The position numbers and the translations under genes were made by a program. The notes below the pieces were generated by a model that was given only the letters and a program-made list of their open reading frames with translations, had not been told where the DNA came from and did not search any database. Below, piece by piece: positions 20,413-28,636 of a stretch of 64,000 bases of DNA (within the stretch, counting starts at the first letter, position 1; every line of letters begins with the position of its first letter). The DNA comes from Spirochaetia bacterium (GTDB lineage Bacteria > Spirochaetota > Spirochaetia > CADAEX01): assembly GCA_031548835.1 (NCBI GenBank), contig JAVBQS010000110.1, forward strand, positions 110 through 64,109, written 5' to 3'.

Positions 20413-21564
20413 ATGCATAGTAATAAAAAAATAGATAAAATAAAAAAAATATTTTCTGATAAAAATCTTATTCAGATACTTTTCTGGTACAGAATTGTTA
20501 TGGTCTTTGTAATGGATTATTTTGTGAAAGATCTTACAAGAAGAGGAGATACACCCAAATATCTTTTTGCAAATCCTTTTGATCTTTTTAATACTTATGG
20601 ATTTACTCTTTTTTTAGATGATACCAGGCTTGTCCAGTTTTTTGTAAGTTCCATACAGATGCTTTTAAGATATGAAATTTTAACACATATTGTTTTTTCA
20701 CTGCTTGCTTTTTATGGAATAAAACATTTTTTAAATGCTGTTCCTGAAAAAAATAATAAATATTATAAAATATTGATTTTAATGATGTTTCTTCCATCGT
20801 TTACTTTATGGTCTTCTGTTGCAGGAAAAGAGCCTGTTGTTGTTTTTGCAATAGGAATAATATCTGCAGAAGTTGTAAGGTTTTTTTCAGGCGAAAAATT
20901 CAGAATATCTTTCTTAATGATTATTTCTTTTTATTTGATTTTAATAGTTAAACAGCAATATATTCCTGCTGTTTTTCAATTGGCTCTGTATATGATATTA
21001 AGGAGAAAAACAAAACTCTCATGGAAAGCAGATCTAGCTGTTTTGTCAGCAGTACTTACGGTAAATTGTTTATTAATTTATTTTTTTAGAGATAAAATTG
21101 ATTCATTTATTTTGGACCGGCTTTTTGATATGTTTGATGGAGATAGTGCGCGCTCAACAAGGGAAAGAGTTTTTATAGAACAGTATGATTTTTTCAAAAA
21201 AATGCCTTATTTATTGCCGCTTGCTGTTTGGGGGCCTACCTGGAGCGAAACAAAAATCTCAATACTCCATCTTTATGTTTTTGTAGAAAATTTAATTTTG
21301 CTTGGCGTTTATATATATCTTATAAAAGATTTTTTTCTTAAAATTTTTAAGAAATTTAATATATATTATCAATGGCTTTTTATTTCTGTAATTGCAGTAG
21401 GTTGGCTTTTTTTTGCTCAATATATGCAGGGAGTAATGAATCCCGGAGCTGCAATAAGGTATAGAACAAATATATATCTTCTGGTAACAGCATTATGGTA
21501 TTCTGTTACATGTGTAAGAGAACAGATTTCTCCTGAAAATAACTGCTCCAAAGATATTGTTTAA
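20413..21564 (+). CDS. Polytopic membrane protein, possible Wzy/EpsG-like repeat-unit polymerase
   Basis: About 10 predicted TM helices. Its size and its position after the paralog 1 gene fit a polymerase/ligase role. No diagnostic motif was recognised. Confidence 0.3.
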   Translation: MHSNKKIDKIKKIFSDKNLIQILFWYRIVMVFVMDYFVKDLTRRGDTPKYLFANPFDLFNTYGFTLFLDDTRLVQFFVSSIQMLLRYEILTHIVFSLLAFYGIKHFLNAVPEKNNKYYKILILMMFLPSFTLWSSVAGKEPVVVFAIGIISAEVVRFFSGEKFRISFLMIISFYLILIVKQQYIPAVFQLALYMILRRKTKLSWKADLAVLSAVLTVNCLLIYFFRDKIDSFILDRLFDMFDGDSARSTRERVFIEQYDFFKKMPYLLPLAVWGPTWSETKISILHLYVFVENLILLGVYIYLIKDFFLKIFKKFNIYYQWLFISVIAVGWLFFAQYMQGVMNPGAAIRYRTNIYLLVTALWYSVTCVREQISPENNCSKDIV

Positions 21565-21760
21565 CTAGATATAAAAAATAATATTTTTTATATAAAAAAC
21601 ATTATAAGATATTTTTATTTTATAGTTGAAAACTACATATAAAGTTGAAAATTCTGACAATAAAACAGTATAATGGAATTAAAATTATTACAAATGTAAT
21701 AATTTTTTATAAAATATTTGAAAAAGATAGGATTGTTAATTATTTCTTATGGAGTTATAG

Positions 21761-23068
21761 ATGAAAATAGCAATTATTGGCACAGGTTATGTTGGACTGG
21801 TTTCCGGCGCTTGTTTTGCAGAATTCGGATGGGATGTAACCTGTATTGATAAAAATAGTGAAAGAATCAATTCTCTTGAAAAAGGCATAATACCTATATA
21901 TGAACCAGGGCTTGAAGATCTTGTTAAAAAAAATGTAAAAGAAAGCCGTCTCAATTTTTCTCTTGAATATTCCCCATATGTTGAAGATGCAGATATTGTT
22001 TTTATTGCAGTAGGGACTCCTTCAAGGCGCGGAGATGGTTATGCAGATCTTACCTATGTTTATGAAGCAGCCAAAGAAATAGCTTCACATTTAAAAGGCT
22101 ATACTGTAATTGTTGATAAAAGCACTGTCCCTGTGGGTACAGCCAGGAATGTTGCAAAAATAATAAGAGCTGAAAATCCAGCAGCAGAATTTGATGTTAC
22201 ATCAAACCCTGAATTTTTGCGGGAAGGATCAGCTATCGGCGATTTTATGCGCCCGGACAGGGTTGTTCTTGGCGTTGAAAGTGAGAAAGCAGAGGAGATG
22301 CTTAGAGAGCTTTACAGGCCTCTTTATTTAATTGAAACACCAATGGTAATAACAGGGCTTGAAACAGCAGAGCTTATTAAATATGCTTCCAATGCTTTTC
22401 TCGCTGCTAAAATTTCTTTTATAAATGAGATAGCAAACCTTTGTGAAAAAGTAGGCGCTGATGTTAAAGATGTTTCAAAAGGAATGGGGCTTGATAAAAG
22501 AATAGGCCCTAAATTTCTTCATGCCGGGCCCGGTTATGGAGGTTCATGTTTTCCAAAAGATGTCAGCGCGCTTGTCAAAATTTTCCATGATAATGGAATG
22601 ACTGCCAGAATTCTTGAATCAGTTATTAATGTAAATAATTCCCAGAAATCTCTTATGGTTAACAAAATTCGCGAAGCGCTTGGCGGCAGCGAATATAAAA
22701 AGACAATTGCTTTTCTTGGACTTACCTTTAAACCTGAAACTGATGATATGAGAGAAGCTCCTTCTCTTACAATTATTCCTGCTCTTCTGAACGGCAATGC
22801 TGTTATTAAGGCGACAGATCCTGAAGGAATAGAGGAAGCAAAAAAACTGCTTCCTTCTGAAATCAATTATTATAATGATCTTTATGAAACATGCAAAAAT
22901 GCTGATGCAGTTGTTATTCTTACTGAGTGGAATCAATACAGGGCAGTTGATTTTGAAAAGTTAAAGAAAATAATGAAAGACAATATATTTATTGATCTTA
23001 GAAATATATATAATAAGGATATAGTTGAGAAAGCAGGGTTTAAATATATTTCTGTCGGCCGAAAGTGA
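21761..23068 (+). CDS. ugd: UDP-glucose 6-dehydrogenase
   Basis: 'MKIAIIGTGYVGLVSGACFAEFG' Rossmann N-terminus. Catalytic Cys context 'GGSCFPKD'. Length 435 aa. Confidence 0.9.
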   Translation: MKIAIIGTGYVGLVSGACFAEFGWDVTCIDKNSERINSLEKGIIPIYEPGLEDLVKKNVKESRLNFSLEYSPYVEDADIVFIAVGTPSRRGDGYADLTYVYEAAKEIASHLKGYTVIVDKSTVPVGTARNVAKIIRAENPAAEFDVTSNPEFLREGSAIGDFMRPDRVVLGVESEKAEEMLRELYRPLYLIETPMVITGLETAELIKYASNAFLAAKISFINEIANLCEKVGADVKDVSKGMGLDKRIGPKFLHAGPGYGGSCFPKDVSALVKIFHDNGMTARILESVINVNNSQKSLMVNKIREALGGSEYKKTIAFLGLTFKPETDDMREAPSLTIIPALLNGNAVIKATDPEGIEEAKKLLPSEINYYNDLYETCKNADAVVILTEWNQYRAVDFEKLKKIMKDNIFIDLRNIYNKDIVEKAGFKYISVGRK

Positions 23069-23077
23069 GGAATTAGT

Positions 23078-23542
23078 TTGAATTATAACAGATGTGCTGT
23101 AAATGGCGTTTTTGATCTTTTTCATGTCGGGCATGTGAGGCTTTTAAAAAGAGCAAAAGAGATGTTTAAAGAAGTAGTTGTTACTGTAGATTCTGATGAA
23201 CTTACAACAAAAGAGAAAAGAAAACCTATTTTTAACCAGGATGAACGGATTGAAATATTAAAAGCGTGCCGCTATGTTGCTGATGCAGTTATTGTTGACA
23301 GATCCTGGGGCCCGCATGCATTTGATCCTGAAAAAGTAGATGAATTTATGAATCAATATAATATAGATGCAGTTTTTGTTGCTGCTGATGATGATGAATA
23401 TGTAAAATACTGGTTTGGCTATCTTTACAGCCAGGGAAAAGTTATCATTGTTCCAAGAACAAAAGATGTATCAACTACACATGTTATTAAGGTTGTTAAC
23501 GGAGAAATTGTTAAAGAACTTGAGGGAAATTGTAAGGAGTGA
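23078..23542 (+). CDS. Glycerol-3-phosphate cytidylyltransferase-like (TagD family) cytidylyltransferase
   Basis: 'GVFDLFHVGHVRLLKRAKE' (HxGH). 'RYVADAVIV'. C-terminal 'PRTKDVSTTHVIK' parallels TagD 'RTEGISTT'. TTG start after a GAGGAA SD. The substrate (glycerol-3-P versus another alcohol phosphate) is not resolved. Confidence 0.75.
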   Translation: MNYNRCAVNGVFDLFHVGHVRLLKRAKEMFKEVVVTVDSDELTTKEKRKPIFNQDERIEILKACRYVADAVIVDRSWGPHAFDPEKVDEFMNQYNIDAVFVAADDDEYVKYWFGYLYSQGKVIIVPRTKDVSTTHVIKVVNGEIVKELEGNCKE

Positions 23543-23545
23543 TAA

Positions 23546-24487
23546 TTGAAAAAAATAGTTGTTACAGGCGGGGCAGGATTTATTGGTTCTCATTTATGTG
23601 AAAGGCTTTTAAAAGAAGGTAACGATGTTATATGTCTGGATAATTTTTTTACAGGCACTAAAAAAAACATAAGCCATCTTATTGGAAATCCTTTTTTTGA
23701 ATTAATGCGGCATGATGTAACTTTTCCTCTATATGTGGAAGTTGACCAGATATATAACCTGGCTTGCCCTGCAAGTCCTGTCCATTATCAATTTGATCCT
23801 GTGCAGACAACAAAAACATCGGTTCATGGAGCAATCAATATGCTTGGTCTTGCAAAAAGAACAAAAGCAAGAATATTGCAGGCTTCAACTTCTGAGGTAT
23901 ATGGAGATCCTGAAGTTCATCCTCAGAGGGAAGATTACTGGGGGCGGGTTAATCCAATTGGAATTAGAAGCTGTTATGATGAAGGAAAAAGATGTGCAGA
24001 AACTCTTTTTTTTGATTATTACAGGCAGCATAATGTTGATATAAAAGTTATCAGAATATTTAATACTTATGGGCCAAATATGCATCCTAATGATGGGCGG
24101 GTTGTAAGTAATTTTATTGTACAAGCTCTTAAAGGTAACGATATTACAATTTACGGAGATGGTAATCAGACAAGGTCTTTTTGTTATGTTGATGATCTTG
24201 TTGAAGGTTTAATTAAAATGATGAAAACAGAAAAAGATTTTACCGGACCTGTAAATCTTGGCAATCCAGGAGAGTTTACAATGAATCAGCTTGCAGAAAT
24301 TGTTATAAAATTGACAGGATCAAAATCAAAAATAAAATATTTTCCATTGCCGCAAGATGATCCGAGGCAGAGAAAACCAGATATTGCAAAAGCTCAGCAG
24401 TATTTGAACTGGAAACCGCTTGTTGAGCTAGAGGAAGGACTTGAAAAAACAATTCAATATTTTAAGAAAACTATTAATACAAAATGA
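23546..24487 (+). CDS. UDP-glucuronate decarboxylase (UDP-xylose synthase)
   Basis: Near-textbook UXS sequence: '[17 protein letters not shown]', '[27 protein letters not shown]', '[11 protein letters not shown]', '[11 protein letters not shown]'. TTG start after a GGAG SD. Confidence 0.9.
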   Translation: MKKIVVTGGAGFIGSHLCERLLKEGNDVICLDNFFTGTKKNISHLIGNPFFELMRHDVTFPLYVEVDQIYNLACPASPVHYQFDPVQTTKTSVHGAINMLGLAKRTKARILQASTSEVYGDPEVHPQREDYWGRVNPIGIRSCYDEGKRCAETLFFDYYRQHNVDIKVIRIFNTYGPNMHPNDGRVVSNFIVQALKGNDITIYGDGNQTRSFCYVDDLVEGLIKMMKTEKDFTGPVNLGNPGEFTMNQLAEIVIKLTGSKSKIKYFPLPQDDPRQRKPDIAKAQQYLNWKPLVELEEGLEKTIQYFKKTINTK

Positions 24488-25953
24488 GTAATTTTAGCAG
24501 TCAAAGTTTTTTTAATCTTGTTTTTGTTTATGCTGGTGTTTTTTTAGGGTTTATTAATACTATTTTAAAAACAAAAGTTTTTTCTACAGAAGAAATAGGA
24601 GTTGTTACTATAACAACAACACTTTCCATTTTTTTGGTATTTTTAATTTCTTATGGTTTTTTGTCAGGGACAAGACGGTTTTACAGCAGGTTTAAAGATA
24701 ATGTTGCTGAGAAAACAGGTTTTATTATAATAAATTTATTGGTTTCTCTTATCTTATACTGTTTTGCAAGTGTAATATTTTTTCTTTTAAAATCTTTTAT
24801 TCTGGAAAAATATAACAATCTATTGTTTGAAAGATATTTTAACGCTGTTTTTTTGTTTTTTATTGGCAATCTTTTAACAAGTTTTTTTCAATATATTTTT
24901 GAGAGTGAATACAGATCACTCCTGGGAAATATATACTATGATATAATTCATCGTATTCTTCATTTTTTAGTATTAATTTATATGCTTAATACTAATAGCA
25001 GTTTTTATTGGTATATATTCTTTCTTGTAATTTCTCTTTTTCTTAATATTTTATTTTATCTTGCAATGGGATTTAAGCTTATAAAGCTTGGGAAACCATC
25101 TTTCGCTATAATAACACGCAGTTTTATCATAGAATATTTAAAATACTGTTCTCTAACTTTTTCTTCTGGAATGACAGGTCTGGTAACTGAAAATATAGAC
25201 AAAGTTATGATTGGGGCATATCTTTCAATGTCAGATCTTGGAATATATTCTATTGTTGTTCAAATTGCTATGCTTATAAAAATAATGAAAAATGGATTTA
25301 TAAGAATAGCTTATCCTTCTATTGCTGAAGCATGGGAGAAAAAGGATAGTAAGAAAATTCAAAATATCTATAAGGAAAATTCTGCTATACAAATATTTTT
25401 GGGATCTTTCATTTTTGTTTTTATTTTTCCAAAACAAATAATGTCTGTACTTAGCCCTGAATATATTAAGGGCAGTAATATTCTTATTGTAATATCATTT
25501 GCTTATCTTTTAGATCTTTCAACAGGAATGAGTGAGGGTATAATATCATTGTCCAGATATTATTATTTTGATCTCTTTTTAAGAATACTTCTTGTGCTGC
25601 TTACAATAATTACAAATATAATAATGATTCCTTTTTGGGGTTTACTTGGAGCTGCTGCCGCAACTACTTTGACAATATTGATTTATAATATATTAAAATT
25701 AATGTTTATAAAAATAAAATTTTCAATGAACCCTTTTTCTTTTGATACAATAAAAATAATATTTTTAATTTTATTTATAGGATTTTGTTTCTTTTTTCTT
25801 TTAAAAAAAATCAATATAGAGTTAAATATTTTTAATATAATATTTTTATTTATAATTGTTTTTATTTTATATGTTATAATTGGAAAAAATATTATAAAGA
25901 TAAGTTTTTTGAACAAAATTAAAATATGTAATAAAATTAAGAGAAAAAAATAA
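24484..25953 (+). CDS. wzx: Wzx-like polysaccharide flippase (MOP superfamily)
   Basis: 489 aa with about 12-14 TM helices. Position in the cluster fits a flippase. ATGA overlap with the upstream gene. Confidence 0.65.
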   Translation: MSNFSSQSFFNLVFVYAGVFLGFINTILKTKVFSTEEIGVVTITTTLSIFLVFLISYGFLSGTRRFYSRFKDNVAEKTGFIIINLLVSLILYCFASVIFFLLKSFILEKYNNLLFERYFNAVFLFFIGNLLTSFFQYIFESEYRSLLGNIYYDIIHRILHFLVLIYMLNTNSSFYWYIFFLVISLFLNILFYLAMGFKLIKLGKPSFAIITRSFIIEYLKYCSLTFSSGMTGLVTENIDKVMIGAYLSMSDLGIYSIVVQIAMLIKIMKNGFIRIAYPSIAEAWEKKDSKKIQNIYKENSAIQIFLGSFIFVFIFPKQIMSVLSPEYIKGSNILIVISFAYLLDLSTGMSEGIISLSRYYYFDLFLRILLVLLTIITNIIMIPFWGLLGAAAATTLTILIYNILKLMFIKIKFSMNPFSFDTIKIIFLILFIGFCFFFLLKKINIELNIFNIIFLFIIVFILYVIIGKNIIKISFLNKIKICNKIKRKK

Positions 25954-25962
25954 AAATTATAT

Positions 25963-26512
25963 AGTAACCTTCCCCATGGTCTGCATGGAATTGCCCAAGA
26001 TGGTAATCCAATAAAAGATACAAATAATATTAGCTCCTCTGCAACAGCATATTATTCAGCAAAGAAATTCACAGATGTAATGGGGAACTGGATAAAATGG
26101 ATGAAAAATAATAATGTTTATGACAATACTATGATAATTATTGTATCTGATCATGGAAATACTTTAAACGATAATGATATTAAGCTACCAGAACAACTAG
26201 ATGATGTAAAAAATCTTAGAAATATATCCAGTGTACAATCTCTTTTGCTTGTAAAAAGGTTTGGGAGCAGCGGGGGAGTAAAAATTGGTCATGCAAGAGT
26301 AAGTCCTACTGATGCACCTGTAATATTATAAGCAGAAACAGGAATTGATTTCCCGTTTGAATACGATTTATATTCTAGTAATAAACGTATTTATAGTGAT
26401 AATAAGGGTCATTTTCTAAAAGTAGATACCATAAAGTACAATTCATACAAAGTAAATGGTACAATATTTGATCCTGATTCATGGGGTATTTATGATAATA
26501 AAAAACAATAGG
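25963..26512 (+). pseudogene. 5'-truncated, disrupted remnant of an alkaline-phosphatase-superfamily membrane transferase paralog (C-terminal ~180 codons)
   Basis: The translation 'HGLHGIAQDG...AYYSAKKFTDVMGNWIKWMKNNNVYDNTMIIIVSDHGNT...LLVKRFGSSGG...' aligns with the C-termini of 28637..30898 and 32521..34758. It begins 10 bp after the wzx stop with no N-terminal part. There is a stop at 26331 and then a frame change to '...DPDSWGIYDNKKQ*'. Confidence 0.75.
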
Positions 26513-26557
26513 GTGTTGAATTTTAAGTATAAAAAATTATAAATTATATTGATACTT

Positions 26558-26596
26558 TATTTGCCATGTGTAAGCTACGCTTACACATGGCAAATA
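26558..26596. repeat. Perfect 39-bp palindrome (18-bp arms, 3-nt centre)
   Basis: TTATTTGCCATGTGTAAGC-TAC-GCTTACACATGGCAAATA lies about 80 bp upstream of the TagB/F-like gene start. No T-run follows on either strand. Confidence 0.7.
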
Positions 26597-26674
26597 GGGG
26601 AGGCAAGCAAAAAGTAAAGACCTGGTTGCGAAGCATATCAGGGTAATATCTTTTATAAACCCCGTGGAGGAATA

Positions 26675-27943
26675 ATGAAACTGTATTTAACTTTAATATT
26701 TTTTGCTGTAACTGTATCACCTGCTTTTTGTTATATAGATCCAGGAACAGGCAGCATGCTTCTTTATGCTATTATTGGCATAGGCGCTGCATTGCTCTAT
26801 GCGTTTAAAGGATATTTTTACAAGCTTAGAGGCAAAATTACAGGCAAGGGATATAATCTTGATTCAGATTTATCTGAATTTGATTTTGTATTTTATTCTG
26901 AAAGTAAAATATATTGGAATGTATTTAGCCCTGTGCTTGAAAACCTTGATAAATCAGGTAAAAAATGTATCTATTTGACCTCAAGCGAGGATGATCCGGG
27001 GTTGGCCTATAAATCAGACAATATTAAATCAAAATATATTGGAGAAGGAGTAAGGGCTGCATCATATCTTAACAATATAAAAGCAGATATTGTAACAATG
27101 ACAACACCGCAGCTTGACGTGCTTACTCTTAAAAAATCAAAAAAAGTTAATCATTATTCCTATATTTTTCATGCTCCAACAGATATTGGAATCTATGGTA
27201 AATATGCATTTGATAATTTTGATTCAATGTTCTGCGTAGGAAAACATCAGATAACTCATATCAAAGAATTTGAAGAAAAAAGAAAAACAAATAAGAAAAA
27301 GCTGTTTGAAACAGGCTGCACATACTATGATGTTTTATTAAAGAAAGAACAGCGGGCAGAAAAGAATGAAAAACCTGTAATTCTGGTTGCTCCTACATGG
27401 AATAAAAACAGCCTTCTTGCAAGATTTGGCTTTAATATTTTAAAACCTCTTTTAACAGGAAAATATAAAGTTATATTAAGGCCACATCCCCAAATGTATA
27501 TTTCCCAGAAAAAACTTATTGAAGAGATAAAAAAAGAAAGCAGCAGTTATCCAGATCTTGTCTGGGATGAAAAGCCATCAGGCGAGGATTCAATGAATGA
27601 ATCAGATATATTGATATCAGATTTGTCCGGAATAATTTTTGACTATTCATTTGTTTTTAAAAAACCTGTAATTTCAATTGATGCTCCTGTTATTGAAACA
27701 GGCCTCGAGCTTGAAGATATGAAAAAAGATGAATTATGGGAACTTAATATTAGAAGCAAACTTGGAAAACTTGTTAAAGAGCAGGATATTTCTAATCTTC
27801 CTGTATATGTTGATGAAATGCTTTTATCATTCAGCAAGGAAAATATTGAAAATATAATAAAAGAAAATATTTACAACTTCGGCAATGCAGGGCCTGTTGC
27901 TGCTAGGCAGTTGGCTGAACTAAAGGAAAATTTGAAAAAATAA
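26675..27943 (+). CDS. TagB/TagF-like CDP-glycerol glycerophosphotransferase family protein
   Basis: N-terminal membrane anchor. 'ILVAPTWNKNS' (TagF 'PTWR'-like) and 'VILRPHPQMY' (catalytic His region). C-terminal 'DILISDLSGIIFDYSFVFKKPVI'. Confidence 0.6.
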   Translation: MKLYLTLIFFAVTVSPAFCYIDPGTGSMLLYAIIGIGAALLYAFKGYFYKLRGKITGKGYNLDSDLSEFDFVFYSESKIYWNVFSPVLENLDKSGKKCIYLTSSEDDPGLAYKSDNIKSKYIGEGVRAASYLNNIKADIVTMTTPQLDVLTLKKSKKVNHYSYIFHAPTDIGIYGKYAFDNFDSMFCVGKHQITHIKEFEEKRKTNKKKLFETGCTYYDVLLKKEQRAEKNEKPVILVAPTWNKNSLLARFGFNILKPLLTGKYKVILRPHPQMYISQKKLIEEIKKESSSYPDLVWDEKPSGEDSMNESDILISDLSGIIFDYSFVFKKPVISIDAPVIETGLELEDMKKDELWELNIRSKLGKLVKEQDISNLPVYVDEMLLSFSKENIENIIKENIYNFGNAGPVAARQLAELKENLKK

Positions 27944-28632
27944 TGTCAAAAATTCTTTACTATATTTTTATATTTCCGCTTGAAAGCGGAATGAAATTTA
28001 TCTTTCTTGGCGCTTATAATCTTTTTAATAATTACGGCATATCAATAATAATGATGAGTCTTGCTGTCAATATTGTATTGCTCCCGCTATATTATCTTGC
28101 AGAACAGTGGCAGGGTAAAGAACGGGAGATAAAAAAGAAAATGCAGCCTGAACTTGATAAAATAAAAAATGCTTTTAAGGGAGAAGAACGTTACTACTAT
28201 ACAAAAGCTGTATATAAGAGATTTCATTATCATCCAATAAATTCAATACGTGTAAGTTTTGGTTTTTTGATTCAGGTTCCTTTTTTTATTGCAGCATACC
28301 ATTTTATGTCACATTATGAAGGTATAAGCGGTATAAGTTTTTTATTTATAAAAGATTTATCTCTGCCAGACAAAATGCTACAGTTCAAACAGCTTAGTAT
28401 AAATATTCTTCCTTTTATTATGACATTTATAAATATTTTGTCTGCATATATTTATACAAAAAACTTAAACAGAAGCGATAAAATTCAGTTATGGCTTTTA
28501 GCTTTTCTATTTTTAGTTCTTTTATATAATGCTCCTTCTGCTCTTGTTTTATACTGGACGCTAAATAATATTTTTTCTCTAATTAAAAATAGTTTAAGTG
28601 TATATGTTTTTAAATTTAAATATCTTACATAA
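27943..28632 (+). CDS. YidC/Oxa1-family membrane insertase-like protein (short form)
   Basis: Aligns with the YidC core: 'ISIIMMSLAVNIVLLPLYYLAEQ' (TM), 'MQPELDKIKNAFKGE' (the LQPK...K helix), 'FGFLIQVPFFIAAYHFM' (like 'LLIQMPIFLALYYML') and 'APSALVLYWTLNNIFSLI' (like 'PSGLVLYYIVSNLVTI'). The conserved Arg of the first core TM helix is Asn here. Confidence 0.7.
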   Translation: MSKILYYIFIFPLESGMKFIFLGAYNLFNNYGISIIMMSLAVNIVLLPLYYLAEQWQGKEREIKKKMQPELDKIKNAFKGEERYYYTKAVYKRFHYHPINSIRVSFGFLIQVPFFIAAYHFMSHYEGISGISFLFIKDLSLPDKMLQFKQLSINILPFIMTFINILSAYIYTKNLNRSDKIQLWLLAFLFLVLLYNAPSALVLYWTLNNIFSLIKNSLSVYVFKFKYLT

Positions 28633-28636
28633 AATT

